Positions 22,841-34,200 of a stretch of 57,568 nucleotides of DNA are shown here, in pieces. Made by a program: the position numbers and the translations under genes. Source of the stretch: a virus. Each line of letters begins with the position of its first letter. Within the stretch, counting starts at the first letter, position 1. The stretch is taken from positions 1 to 57,568 of the IMG/VR virus record IMGVR_UViG_3300017776_000014, one strand, 5' to 3'. The notes beneath the pieces were generated by a model that saw only the letters and a program-made list of their open reading frames with translations, ran no database searches and had not been told where the DNA came from.

Positions 22841-24490
22841 ATGGATAAAAAACAAGCAAAAGCTTTATTAGTGGAGAAGAAAAGGCGGGAGAAGTTAAAA
22901 ACTTATGAGACCGACTTTACTTCTTTTGCTTCAGAGCAGATAAAGATTATAACGAAGGATACGGGGCAAGGCTTCATCCCCTTCACATTTAACGAATGCC
23001 AAAAGCAAATCACCACTGCTTTAGAAAAACAATATAAAGAAACTGGAAGAGTGCGAGCTATTGTGCTTAAAGCACGCCAGCAAGGCATTAGTACTTACTG
23101 TGCTGGTCGAGTATTTTGGAAATCATACTATTCTCCCCACTCACGTTCTGTTGTTATGGCTCATGACTCAGCTACTTCAGACGCTTTATTTAATATGTCT
23201 AAAAATCTCATTAAGAATATGGGAGGGGATATAGCGCCGAAGGAGGTAAGGTCTAACGCGAAGGAGATTATTATTAATTCCCCCGCGATGCCTAAAGATA
23301 CAACAGCATCTTATCGTCTCTACACAGCTGGCTCACCAGAAGCAGGGAGGGGAACAACTCCCACCATTGCGCACCTATCAGAGGTTGCGTTTTGGCAGCA
23401 TGATGAGAAGATCTTAGCCGGTTTATTCCAGGGTATATCCCAAGCTGAAGGTACAGAAGTAATTCTAGAATCAACAGCTAATGGTGCTCAAGGTGAATTT
23501 TACCGGTTGTGGAAGGGTGCTGTAGCAGGAGAGAATGAGTACTTACCTATTTTCCTCCCATGGTTTATTACTCCAGAGTATAGACGTACTGCTCCAGAAG
23601 GTATGGAGCTGGACATGGAGGAGGATAAGTTAAAGGAGAAGTTTTCTCTTGATAATGACCAACTCTACTGGAGAAGGTTAAAGATAGCAGAAGGTGGGAA
23701 GATAAAGTTCCAACAGGAATACCCATCCACACCTGATGAGGCATTTATTGTCTCCGGTGCTAATGTGTTTAACGTAGAGAAGCTCGACGCTCTCATACCT
23801 CGTCCCCACTCTCGTCGTTCTGAGTGGGATGCTTCATCTAAAATGTTTGATGAACATAAAGAAGGTAACCTATTGATATGGGATTATCCCCAATGGGAAG
23901 AGCCTTACGTAGTAGGAGCTGATGTTTCTTTAGGGGTTGGCCAAGATTACTCCTGTGCGGTGGTGTTAAATAAGAAATATGAGGTATGTGCCCTATATAG
24001 AAGCAATAGAATAGACCCTTCCTCATGGGGAGAACTACTATTTTACTTAGGTCGCTACTATAATAACGCATTTCTCGCTGTAGAATCTAATTCTATGGGC
24101 ATTGCAACATTGCAAAAGCTAGACCATATGGGCTATATTAACCTCTACAAGCAGACAAAGATTGCAAATGTTAGCAACGAATCTGGTGAAAGACTAGGTT
24201 TCCGCACTACCTCTGCGACTAAGCCTGCAATTATAGGTAATTTAAAGAATCTTATAGAGAATGAGGAGATTATGATCCCCTCCCCTCAAATGATTCAAGA
24301 ATTAAAAGATTATATCGCAACCGAAAGTGGAAAAACAGAAGCAGCACCTGGCTGTTATGATGATAGTGTTATATCTCTCGCGATTTGCGCGGAAGTTTTA
24401 CGCACCCACTGGGATCGGTTGATGACGAAGAATGTCTCCTGGACAGAACGTGTAGGAGATTTTAAGCCAGACAATACACCCTGGCTATAA
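22841..24490 (+). CDS. terL: Terminase large subunit
   Basis: 549 aa. Walker A-like VLKARQQGISTY. Located just upstream of the portal gene. The C-terminal region has the conserved Asp-rich segments expected of the nuclease domain. Confidence 0.85.
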   Translation: MDKKQAKALLVEKKRREKLKTYETDFTSFASEQIKIITKDTGQGFIPFTFNECQKQITTALEKQYKETGRVRAIVLKARQQGISTYCAGRVFWKSYYSPHSRSVVMAHDSATSDALFNMSKNLIKNMGGDIAPKEVRSNAKEIIINSPAMPKDTTASYRLYTAGSPEAGRGTTPTIAHLSEVAFWQHDEKILAGLFQGISQAEGTEVILESTANGAQGEFYRLWKGAVAGENEYLPIFLPWFITPEYRRTAPEGMELDMEEDKLKEKFSLDNDQLYWRRLKIAEGGKIKFQQEYPSTPDEAFIVSGANVFNVEKLDALIPRPHSRRSEWDASSKMFDEHKEGNLLIWDYPQWEEPYVVGADVSLGVGQDYSCAVVLNKKYEVCALYRSNRIDPSSWGELLFYLGRYYNNAFLAVESNSMGIATLQKLDHMGYINLYKQTKIANVSNESGERLGFRTTSATKPAIIGNLKNLIENEEIMIPSPQMIQELKDYIATESGKTEAAPGCYDDSVISLAICAEVLRTHWDRLMTKNVSWTERVGDFKPDNTPWL

Positions 24491-24578
24491 AGAATTCCGC
24501 ATGTCCTCAGCTCACGGTGGCTGGGCGCGGAAGAGCCACCAACTTAGACAGTTCGATAGACCCGCAGGAGGGAAGGAC

Positions 24579-24746
24579 ATGCGTTACAATGAGCAGGCCG
24601 TGCAGCCTGAGAAAGAAAGTAAAAAGAAAAAGAGTGAGAAGAAGGAAAAGCCTCGAGAGATGGATAAGCCCGGCTCTTACACTACGGAAAGTTTAAAACC
24701 CCTAAAATCCCCACCATTAATGGGGTCTAACCCTTGGTCAGTGTGA
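24579..24746 (+). CDS. Small Lys-rich hypothetical protein (55 aa)
   Basis: The ATG at 24579 is preceded by GGAGGGAAGGAC. The ORF-track version starts at 24501 without an RBS. Confidence 0.4.
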   Translation: MRYNEQAVQPEKESKKKKSEKKEKPREMDKPGSYTTESLKPLKSPPLMGSNPWSV

Positions 24747-24751
24747 TTAAT

Positions 24752-26914
24752 ATGGATGGATATAAACAAAAAGTAAGTGATGAGCAGCTAATTAATCTAG
24801 TCGAATCCGGTGTACAAAACTCCGTAGGTGATTGGCTTAACTCTTCTGATCTCGCTAGAGAGCGATTAAAGTCTACATATGAGTATGCTGGTGTTCCTGA
24901 GTTCCACTTAAAACCGCAAGGTGTGTCAAGTATTGTTGATACATCCACTACGGAAGTTATTGAAGCTTACACAGCTATTCTCTCAGAATTATTCCTTAAT
25001 AATGGGAAGTTAGCAAAATTTGAACCTATGGACGATAGTCCAGCGGGGTGGAATAAAGCTCACGAAGCTTCTATGTTGACTAACCATGCTATATTCAAGC
25101 AGAATAAAGGGTGGGAACTATTACAAACGTGGATTAAGTCCGCTCTCCTATGGAAAAACTCTATCATCCGATGGGATTATATAGAGGACTACCAGTATAA
25201 AATTGAAGAGTATGATGAAATAACTCCAGAGCGTTTAGACCTCCTCCTCTCAGAGGATGGTGTAGAGCTAATCGGTGATTTGAAATACGATAATAAAATT
25301 AGTGAAGTTGTTGATCCTCTCGCAGAACCTATCGATGCGCAGCTTATCTATAAAGATGTGCGTATACGTAGGAAGAAGGATAAGTCTCGCGTTCGTATTG
25401 AGAATATTCCACCTGAATCTTTCCGTATATCCCGTGATGCTAAATCAATAGATGATGCTGTCTTTGTAGGTATACAAGTTGAGATGACGCGGAGTGAGAT
25501 CCGTAAACAATGGCCAGATATTGTAAGTTCATGGAGCGAAGATGACTGGAACGAGTTGGGAACAGATGACGGTTGGATGGGAAGTACTCGCTACTCCCAA
25601 GACGTTGCCGCGAGAAAGTTCGTCACAGGACAAGAGTATTGGCAAGGAAGCGCCAGCACAGAGCACTTCCCCCTTGAAGCAAACCGCCCAGTAACAATTA
25701 CCGAATGCTGGATGAATGTTGATAGGGATGGTGATGGTATTGCAGAGCTAAAGCATTTCATAGTTATAGGTAGTACTATATTGTATGAGTGTGATGTGGA
25801 TATGGTTCCACTAGCTTGTCTCTCCCCTATAGATATTCCATTTGAATTCTATGGTTTGAGCTTAGCGGACTTTGCACGTTCATCTACTCTAGCCTCAACA
25901 GCTATTTTACGTGGATTTGTAGAAAACACCTACCTTACAAACTACGCACCAAAGCTAGCAGATCCAAACGTTGTAGATTTCTCTGCGTTACAGAATATGA
26001 AGCCAAAGCAGATTGTTCCAACGAATGGAAATCCAGCAGCCGCAGTATCTTCACTCCCACCTGAAACAATATCAACAGGCACAGTTCCCCTACTCGAACA
26101 CATACAGCTTATAAAAGAACAAGCTACTGGGATGAGTAAGGCGGCTCAGGGATTGCAGGATGAATTGTTTGTGTCTGGTAATAGTGAAGCTAAGTTAGCT
26201 GCAATACAGACCGCTTCTCAAAAGCGTATCCAACATATTGCTAGACGTTTCGCAGAGACTGGATTAAAGCGCCTATGTAAAGGTGTTTACCAAACGATGC
26301 GTGAGTGTGTGAATACTAAGGTTAAGATGAGGTATGATGGAGTTTACTTAGAAGTAGACCCACAAGAGCTACCCCATGAAATGGAGTGCACAATTTTCTT
26401 AGACCTCGGCGAAAACTCAAATGCTAATCAAATACAGAAGTTAACTAAGGTTGGCTCTGAGATTCTACCTGCTTTAAATGAGCAAGGTGCTGGTATGGTG
26501 GTTAAACCCCAAGCTCCAGCTATACTCGCTACTAAACTAGTAGAAGCTATGGGATTAGATAGCAATGATTTCTTAGAAGATTACACTACGGATGAGTTTA
26601 AGCAGAAAGCCGCTAAATCTGTGGAAGAGCAAACTAAGAATAACATGGAACGTCAGCAGATGGAAACGGCTAAGCTCAAATCAGATGCTGCTTTAGCAGA
26701 CGCAAATGTTTCATTTACTAATGCTCAGTCTAAAAATACTATGGATGATAATGCTAAGCAACTCGCCGTAGCCATTGATAGACACTTCCAAGAGTGGGCT
26801 GATTTGGAAATCAAAGCTGCTAAAGAGGGTATGGAGAAGCCGGTACGTCCAGACTTCAATCAAATCATACAAATGGCAAAAACAATTATTAACCCCCCAG
26901 ATAAAGGACAATAA
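24752..26914 (+). CDS. Portal protein
   Basis: About 720 aa, located between terminase and scaffold/capsid. ATG at 24752 (the ORF track starts at a TTG at 24734). Confidence 0.75.
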   Translation: MDGYKQKVSDEQLINLVESGVQNSVGDWLNSSDLARERLKSTYEYAGVPEFHLKPQGVSSIVDTSTTEVIEAYTAILSELFLNNGKLAKFEPMDDSPAGWNKAHEASMLTNHAIFKQNKGWELLQTWIKSALLWKNSIIRWDYIEDYQYKIEEYDEITPERLDLLLSEDGVELIGDLKYDNKISEVVDPLAEPIDAQLIYKDVRIRRKKDKSRVRIENIPPESFRISRDAKSIDDAVFVGIQVEMTRSEIRKQWPDIVSSWSEDDWNELGTDDGWMGSTRYSQDVAARKFVTGQEYWQGSASTEHFPLEANRPVTITECWMNVDRDGDGIAELKHFIVIGSTILYECDVDMVPLACLSPIDIPFEFYGLSLADFARSSTLASTAILRGFVENTYLTNYAPKLADPNVVDFSALQNMKPKQIVPTNGNPAAAVSSLPPETISTGTVPLLEHIQLIKEQATGMSKAAQGLQDELFVSGNSEAKLAAIQTASQKRIQHIARRFAETGLKRLCKGVYQTMRECVNTKVKMRYDGVYLEVDPQELPHEMECTIFLDLGENSNANQIQKLTKVGSEILPALNEQGAGMVVKPQAPAILATKLVEAMGLDSNDFLEDYTTDEFKQKAAKSVEEQTKNNMERQQMETAKLKSDAALADANVSFTNAQSKNTMDDNAKQLAVAIDRHFQEWADLEIKAAKEGMEKPVRPDFNQIIQMAKTIINPPDKGQ

Positions 26915-27231
26915 TGGATAAGTACAAAAAGACAGCTGAGAAGAGGCTGACACAGAAAGTACATCCTGATGAGTTAGCGAAGGAGGCTCTGGTTAACGCA
27001 GAGTTCTCCGCTCGCGAGCGTGAAGCATTCTTTACAAATGCGTACGGAGAGTTGCTAGTCGACTACTTCATTTCCTGGTTAAAAACAGAACCGCATGAGA
27101 TGAAGACGAGGGAGTTTATTTATAACTCGGCTCTCGCTTTGGGAGATGTAAAAGCTAAACTTATCGGATACGAAACTTACGGGCGCAACATGGCCCACAT
27201 ATCAGAGGACATTGAGGATGCACAAGATTGA
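26914..27231 (+). CDS. Hypothetical protein (105 aa)
   Basis: TAATG overlap with the portal stop. Confidence 0.6.
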   Translation: MDKYKKTAEKRLTQKVHPDELAKEALVNAEFSAREREAFFTNAYGELLVDYFISWLKTEPHEMKTREFIYNSALALGDVKAKLIGYETYGRNMAHISEDIEDAQD

Positions 27232-27403
27232 TAGAGCGCAACTCGAACAGAATTATAAAGACATGATTAATCTACTCGAGTATGACTCGATGCGTAGTCC
27301 GGGCAAGGCGAAGTTAAACTGCCAGCCTCTCTACGCTTTATATAATTTGCTGGATAGACTTGAAAAAGCTCCAGCTAAGCCTACTAAGAAAAAGGAGGCA
27401 TGA
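27218..27403 (+). CDS. Hypothetical protein (61 aa)
   Basis: ATG at 27218 with AGAGGA upstream. Confidence 0.45.
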   Translation: MHKIDRAQLEQNYKDMINLLEYDSMRSPGKAKLNCQPLYALYNLLDRLEKAPAKPTKKKEA

Positions 27404-27408
27404 AATAG

Positions 27409-28503
27409 ATGAGCACAGACACCTCTACCCAAATGGATGACATGTCAAACTCAGGTCCATCAGAACAAGAGCTCCTGGATGCTGTGATGCGTAACTCCCC
27501 CTTAATGGAGGAGGAAGGTATCCCGCTACCCGAAGGGGAGACGAGTGAAGAGGACCCGGTGGAATCAGGGCAGGAAGAAGACCCAATCCCTGAGGAAGTC
27601 GTTAGTGAAGACGAAGAAGAGGAAGTTGAAGATAGTCTAGAGGAAGATGAAGGTGAGGATGCCGGTGAAGAGCCCGCTACCCAAGAACCTGATGTCTACA
27701 CTATGGAAGATCTTGACTTGGATGCAAAGGTTTCTCTCAAAATTGATGGAGAAGAAGTTGCAGTAGCCTTTAGTGACCTTATCAAAGGTTACTCTACCGA
27801 ACAGAGTCTTTCTAAAAAGGGTCGCGAACTCGGTGAAGCGAGAAAAGCGTTAGAAGACGAGCGAACAGCTAAGTTGAAAGAGTTGGAAGCCACTGTAAGC
27901 GTAGCTAATGAAGTTATGTCCACAGCCGAGCAAACCTACTCAAAACAGTATCATGATTTCGAGGCAAAGATAGAAAAAGCTAGAGAGGATGGTGATACGT
28001 TTGAGCTTAGTGAGTTGAAAGATAAGAGGGAGCAAGCACAAAAGCGTTATTGGGCTGCACGTAACAAACGTGAGCAAATGCTTAAGCAAGCTACTGAACA
28101 GTATCAAACAGCTCAGCAAGAAACCTTCCAACAGGAAATTGAAACCTTTATGGATACAATTCCAGACTATATTCCTGATTTTAATGAGGATGTTGCGGGT
28201 AAAATCCGGGACTTCGCGTTAGATAAAGGAATACCTGAAACCATGCTAGAAAGCGTTACAGATCCTGCGATCGTAAAGTTTATAGATGATTACAGGCGTT
28301 TGGAACAGGGAGTTTCTAAAGGGTCTGCTAAAAGAAAAGCAGCGCCTACTAAGAAAGTTCCTGCTAAAAAGGCAACTCCTGCTAAGAAGAAGGAAGCTGA
28401 TAAAGCAAAGATGGTTAAGGCTCGAGCATTTAAACAAGATGCTTCTGAGCAAGATCAAATGGACTTCTTACGTCAATACGCTTCAAAATCTCTAAATCTA
28501 TAA
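27409..28503 (+). CDS. Scaffolding protein
   Basis: Very acidic N-terminus, a central coiled-coil and a Lys-rich C-terminus. It sits immediately upstream of the capsid gene. Confidence 0.7.
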   Translation: MSTDTSTQMDDMSNSGPSEQELLDAVMRNSPLMEEEGIPLPEGETSEEDPVESGQEEDPIPEEVVSEDEEEEVEDSLEEDEGEDAGEEPATQEPDVYTMEDLDLDAKVSLKIDGEEVAVAFSDLIKGYSTEQSLSKKGRELGEARKALEDERTAKLKELEATVSVANEVMSTAEQTYSKQYHDFEAKIEKAREDGDTFELSELKDKREQAQKRYWAARNKREQMLKQATEQYQTAQQETFQQEIETFMDTIPDYIPDFNEDVAGKIRDFALDKGIPETMLESVTDPAIVKFIDDYRRLEQGVSKGSAKRKAAPTKKVPAKKATPAKKKEADKAKMVKARAFKQDASEQDQMDFLRQYASKSLNL

Positions 28504-28531
28504 GTGGGGATAAAACCCCAGGAGCAATGTA

Positions 28532-29662
28532 ATGACTCAACATTTAAGCGGTCGCGTAACGACCGGACCAAGCCAGCGCGGTAATGGAGCTGGCGTATCA
28601 GAGCGGGAAGATCTTGCGAATTTTATTTCCATGATTACTCGTGATGAAACACCTTTTATTTCTTCTATTGGGAAATCAAAAGCAACTGCCATCTATCACG
28701 AATGGCAAACTGACGAGCTACAGGCTCCAGGCAATTCACGTATCGCGGAAGGGCAAGACTATGTCAAGCCAGGTTCTGGTTCTCAAACTCCAGCCACAGG
28801 CGCTGAGTTCGATCCAGTAGGACCTCACCGCACACGTCTGGGTAACTACACTCAGATCAACGGTAAAACCATCGCTATCTCCGGCACTAAGCGTGCAGTA
28901 GACCAAGCTGGTGTTGCCGATGAGTATGCCTATCAGTTGAAGAAGCGCGGTACTGAAATGCGTCGCGATATTGAAATGGATATTGTTAACTCAGCTAACG
29001 TATCTGCTTCTTTCGCAGCTCAATCAGGTTCTGCAGCTCGTACAACTGGTGGTTATAACGCGTGGGTTAATAACGTGAATAACGTTGTTTACGCTGGAAC
29101 CTCAGCTGAAGCTGGTAGTGCAACTGCCGCTCACGTACCTACATCTTCTGAAGCAGGAGTTGGTACATTCTCATGGGCACCTGCAACAACTGTTGCTAAC
29201 CGTGCTGCTTTGGCTCTCACAGATATTGATGCAGCAATGCAGAAAATCTATGAAGCTGGTGGTAAGGCTAGCCGCATCATGGTGTCTCCAAAGCTACGTC
29301 GGGACTTCTCTGACTTGATGGTATCTGATTCTGGTGTTCGTCGTAACATCGATGAAGGTGGTAAACTCCGTCAATCAGTAGACGTTTATATGTCTGACTT
29401 TGGTGATCTTATGGTAGTTCCTAACTACATCATGGGTCTTGAGACAGCTGGCGCGACTACAACTGCGACAAGCAACGATTCATATAAAGATGCATCAGCG
29501 TTGATTTATGATCCACAGTGGTTTGCTATGGCGGCTCTACGTCCAACTCAAGAAGTTGACGTTGGCCAGAAAGGTGACTCAACTGTTGGTATGCTTATCG
29601 AAGAATTCTCTTTGGAAGTTAAGAATCCAAAAGGATGTGGCGCAGTCTACAACCTTAAGTAA
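28532..29662 (+). CDS. Major capsid protein
   Basis: 376 aa, AGGAG Shine-Dalgarno, high-expression codon/GC character, and an intrinsic terminator directly downstream. It follows the scaffold gene. Confidence 0.75.
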   Translation: MTQHLSGRVTTGPSQRGNGAGVSEREDLANFISMITRDETPFISSIGKSKATAIYHEWQTDELQAPGNSRIAEGQDYVKPGSGSQTPATGAEFDPVGPHRTRLGNYTQINGKTIAISGTKRAVDQAGVADEYAYQLKKRGTEMRRDIEMDIVNSANVSASFAAQSGSAARTTGGYNAWVNNVNNVVYAGTSAEAGSATAAHVPTSSEAGVGTFSWAPATTVANRAALALTDIDAAMQKIYEAGGKASRIMVSPKLRRDFSDLMVSDSGVRRNIDEGGKLRQSVDVYMSDFGDLMVVPNYIMGLETAGATTTATSNDSYKDASALIYDPQWFAMAALRPTQEVDVGQKGDSTVGMLIEEFSLEVKNPKGCGAVYNLK

Positions 29663-29668
29663 AAGTTT

Positions 29669-29699
29669 GAGGGAGGGTATTTTACTCTCCCTCTTTTTT
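29669..29699 (+). terminator. Intrinsic terminator after the capsid gene
   Basis: Stem GAGGGAGGGT/ACTCTCCCTC followed by T6. Confidence 0.8.
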
Positions 29700-29721
29700 A
29701 TCATGTTGATAGGAGAAAAAC

Positions 29722-30000
29722 ATGTACGTAATTCAAGCAAATTTGACTAATTCAAGTGGTGGTGCAGTCGCCGTCTTAGGACATTCCATCGCAGCAAACT
29801 CTACTGAAGCCGTCATCCTCCCTGCAGATAAATGCACGTGGCAAGTTGCAGATAACGCAGCAGGTGGATACCAGATCTCAGATGTTAAATTCCATGATGG
29901 AGTATCAGCATCCGTGGATCCAGCTGCAAGTGGAAGTATTGCTGGTGCTTATAACTTTGGCTACATCGGTAAGTCAGGTCGTTTCGTGGAGATGGCGTAA
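29722..30000 (+). CDS. Hypothetical virion-module protein (92 aa)
   Basis: ORF with an AGGAGA Shine-Dalgarno. Confidence 0.6.
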   Translation: MYVIQANLTNSSGGAVAVLGHSIAANSTEAVILPADKCTWQVADNAAGGYQISDVKFHDGVSASVDPAASGSIAGAYNFGYIGKSGRFVEMA

Positions 30001-30335
30001 TGGCTAAATGGGTATTAGGATTAAACAGTAAGAATAGTGCTATTACCTCAACTGTAGACTACTCAGATAAAAATTATGTAGACTTCACAGTCTCTCAGCA
30101 TAATACAGATGCTATTATGAAGGAAGTACAGAGGGATCGTGATATTCTAGCAGCTGAGAAAAAAGTGGGTTCATGGCGTAAAGCCTTTACAGTTCCAGAT
30201 ATTGTAGCAATAGAAATCCTTCAGAAGTATGGATTGGATCTTCACGAACCAACATTCATGTCTGATAAGGGGAAGATGGATAAATTAAAGTACATTGTAA
30301 AAACAGAGTACCCACACCTTCTCATAAGCACGTAG
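30000..30335 (+). CDS. Hypothetical virion-module protein (111 aa)
   Basis: TAATG overlap with the upstream gene. Confidence 0.6.
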   Translation: MAKWVLGLNSKNSAITSTVDYSDKNYVDFTVSQHNTDAIMKEVQRDRDILAAEKKVGSWRKAFTVPDIVAIEILQKYGLDLHEPTFMSDKGKMDKLKYIVKTEYPHLLIST

Positions 30336-30344
30336 GAGAGTGTA

Positions 30345-31241
30345 ATGGCTAAGTACGTAGAAATGATACAAAAGGTTCGCAATTGGGCGAATAGAGATAA
30401 TGCTGTTCTCTCCGATGCGACTATTGAGGAGATGTTACGTTACGGCATTGACGATGTTTATAGGACTTTACGAGTAGCACCTTTAGAAGCGCTTAAAGTA
30501 TATACTGTAAGTGTTGGCTCAGGAGAAGCTAAAAATTCTCTAGTAATTCCATCCGATCTGATTGAACCTATTCAGTTAAGGAAAAGAGATACACAGCAAG
30601 GGTCGGGAACTAATTCCATATACTCCTACAATGTTTACTCTAATAAATCAGATATTCAAACATTTAATGAAGATGCATTCCATTACGGTGAGTATCGCTA
30701 TACAAGACAGCAAGGAAACTTTTTGTTAAACCCAGAGTTTAAAAATGGGGAAGTATATGAACTATTGTACTATCGTAGGCTTGCAGATTTAGATGCTGTT
30801 TACACAGTTACACCAACTAACAATTCCGCTAGTAACTTGCTCTATCACGCAACACGATCTGGATTGTTATCTTCATTTAATACCGAAATGGGTAATACTG
30901 CTGAAACTAATGTTGCCGATTATGTAGATACTTCTCCTCGTTTTACTAACAATGTTGTTGAAGTAACTAATAGTAATAATGGGTCGGGCCAAACATATGC
31001 GGGTATGACCGCCGGGTTTTACATCGGTAAAGAATCTCCTAATTGGTTAAGAGATAGTAATGAGAAAGCAGTGCTATTCGCAGCTTTAAAGCAAACGTTT
31101 GATTTCTTAAATGACATTGAAGGTCAGCAAATCTACGCTGCAAAAGCTGCAGAGGAAGTATTCCAATTAAATAAAGAAGATCAAGCAAGGAACAATAGTG
31201 GTGGCACGGTGCAAACCTCATTCTATTCGAACTTAATATAG
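30345..31241 (+). CDS. Hypothetical structural protein (298 aa), possible head-tail adaptor
   Basis: Call based on position only. AGGAG Shine-Dalgarno. Confidence 0.55.
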   Translation: MAKYVEMIQKVRNWANRDNAVLSDATIEEMLRYGIDDVYRTLRVAPLEALKVYTVSVGSGEAKNSLVIPSDLIEPIQLRKRDTQQGSGTNSIYSYNVYSNKSDIQTFNEDAFHYGEYRYTRQQGNFLLNPEFKNGEVYELLYYRRLADLDAVYTVTPTNNSASNLLYHATRSGLLSSFNTEMGNTAETNVADYVDTSPRFTNNVVEVTNSNNGSGQTYAGMTAGFYIGKESPNWLRDSNEKAVLFAALKQTFDFLNDIEGQQIYAAKAAEEVFQLNKEDQARNNSGGTVQTSFYSNLI

Positions 31242-31251
31242 GGAGGTTGAT

Positions 31252-34200
31252 ATGTCTGGCGGATTATTTGAAACAGAAGATGACACCGATATTATCGACA
31301 ATACTTCAGGTGGACTATTTGCTAATGGGGAAGTTGGCGATGTAATCGCAAGTTTTGAGGTAGCAGCGGAAGCAGCTAAGGATGCAGCAGTAGCAGCTCA
31401 AGCAGCAGCTGAGACCGCAGAGACAAACGCTGAGACTGCTGAAACGAATGCGGCTACTTCAGCTACAGCAGCTGCGGGTTCTGCAACTTCGGCGGCAGCG
31501 AGCGCAACTACTGCAACTACTCAAGCAAGCACGGCTACTACTAAAGCAAGTGAAGCTGCCACGTCCGCGTCTACAGCTACTACGCAAGCTGGTATCGCAA
31601 CGACGAAAGCAGGTGAAGTAGCTTCGTCTATAACTGCAGCCGCATCAAGTGCGACTAGCGCAGCCACAAGTGCAACAACCGCTACTACTAAAGCAAGCGA
31701 AGCAAGTGCGTCTGCAACTACAGCAGCGACGCAAGCAACGAATGCCGCGTCTAGTGCAACTGGTGCCGCTAATAGTGCATCAACTGCGAGCACTCATAAA
31801 ACAGCTGCTGAAACTGCAAAGGCAGCGGCTGAGACTGCGAAGACAGCTGCTGAGACTGCTAAGGCTGCAGCTGAAACCGCAGAGACTAATGCAGAAACTG
31901 CGGAGACTAATGCGGAAACTGCAGAGACTAATGCAGCAGCTAGCGCCACATCCGCATCCACTAGTGCGACTAACGCAGCTGCTAGCGCAACTTCTGCAAG
32001 TAGTTCTGCATCTACAGCGACTACTCAAGCAAGCACGGCTACTACTAAAGCAAGTGAAGCTAGCACATCTGCTACAAACGCTGCAACAAGTGCAACAGCT
32101 GCTGCTAACTCAGCAACCGCCGCAGCTAGCTCCGCGACAAGCGCTTCAAGCAGTGCAACCACTGCAACCACACAAGCATCCACTGCAACAACTAAAGCTA
32201 ATACTGCAACAACAAAAGCAAGTGAAGCATCAACTTCCGCAGCAAGCGCATTATCGGCTAAAACAGCTGCTGAGAGTGCTAGAGACAGTGCACTATCAGC
32301 TTTTGATAATTTTGACGATAAATATTTAGGTGCTAAATCTTCTGATCCTACTGTTGATAATGATGGAGACGCTTTAGTCTCTGGCGCATTATACTTCAAT
32401 ACAACTAATGATATAATGAATGTTTACACAGGGAGCACATGGGTAGCAGCTTACGCTTCATTATCCGGTGCTTTATTAGTTGCAAATAACTTAAGCGATG
32501 TTAATAGTGCTGGTACTGCGGCTACTAACATTGGGTTAGGTACTGGCAGTTCTCCAACTTTCGCTGGAGCTACTATAAATGGAAACATATCTGTAACCGG
32601 TACTGTCGATGGTAGGGATGTTGCAGCAGATGGAACGAAGTTAGATGGCGTTGAAGCTAATGCTACTGCTGACCAGACTGCAGCAGAAATTAGAGCGTTA
32701 GTAGAAAGTGCAAATGATAGTAATGTTTTCACAGATAACGACCATACTAAGCTAAACTCAATTGAGTCTAATGCTACTGCCGATCAAACCGCTGGCGAAA
32801 TTGAAGCAATTGTAAATCATGATAATTTGCAAGGGTTTGTCGCAGCGGAGCATATCGATTGGACAAGCGACCAAGGCTCAACAAATATACATACGGGTAA
32901 TTATGTAAATACTACTTACTCTGTTGGTGACGGCGGACTTACCCAGAAAAACTTTACAACCGCGTTAAATACAAAGCTTAGCAACATTGAGGACAATGCG
33001 ACCGCAGATCAAACGAATGCTGAGATAAGAGCCGCCGTTGAGGCAGCAACCGATAGCAACGTCTTTACTGACGCAGACCATAGCAAGCTAAATGCTATAG
33101 AAGCATCCGCAGACGTTACAGATACAGCAAACGTAGTGGCGGCACTTACAGCAGGGACTAATGTTTCTATTGCGGCAAATGGTACTATTAGTTCTACAGA
33201 CACAAACACAACGTATAGTGTGGGTGACGGTGGCTTAACTCAGAACAACTTTACGAATACGCTAAAGTCAAAACTGGACGCCATCGAAGCCAATGCAACT
33301 GCAGACCAAACGAATGCTGAGATAAGAGCCGCCGTTGAAGCAGCAACCGATAGTAATGTTTTTACAGATGCGGACCACACTAAGTTAAATGGTATAGCTG
33401 CAAGTGCTAACAACTACTCGCATCCTAACCACAGTGGGGAAGTTACATCTTCTGGGGATGGGGCAACGATCATCGCTGATAATGTTGTGGACGAGGCGAA
33501 TTTAAAAGTCAGCAACGCCCCGACGGATGGTTACGTCTTAACAGCAAGAAGCGGAAACACTGGTGGGTTAACTTGGGAAACAACTGCTGTGTCTGTTGGT
33601 GGCTCAACAGGTGTTGACTTTAATGATAATGTTGCAGCACGTTTTGGAACGGGAAATGATTTATCTATATATCATGGTGGTTCGTTTAGTATTATAAATA
33701 ATCTTGGTGCTTCTACTACTCCTCTTATTATTGGAAATGATGGAAATGACCAACAGATAAGAATAAGAACTAAGAAAACTAGTGAGAGTGGAACAACTAA
33801 TATTTTCATTGCAGATGGAGCAACAGGAGAAGCACAGCTTCTACATTTAGGTAGTGAAAAACTTGCAACTAAATCAACAGGTATTAGTGTAACAGGCAAT
33901 ATTGGTGTTTCAGGCACCGTAGACGGGCGTGATTTAGCCAGCGACGGTACAAAATTAGATGGTATATCTGCGGGTGCCAATGTTGGTATTGCAACGACAG
34001 GCGGCACGTTTACGGGCGATGTTACTTTTCAGGGTGGTACTTCTGGGAAAGATATTGTCTTCGATAGATCAGATAATGCTTTAGAGTTTAATAATGATTA
34101 CGTTAAGGCTAAATTCGGCAGCGGCTCGCAGATGGAATTATATTATGCCAGCGCTGAAGGCTCAAACATAAGATCAATTGTAGGTTCTACTGGGTATCCG

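Noticed and set aside
31521-32399. Long ORFs in alternative frames and on the minus strand across the fibre gene (31521..31793 -, 31649..32329 +, 31780..32028 -, 32025..32399 -, and similar ones up to 35657)
   Set aside because: They are shadow ORFs created by GCN/ACN-rich low-complexity coding. They have Ala/Leu/Val- or Gln/Leu-only compositions and no RBS, and they lie fully inside a strongly supported 1482-aa gene.
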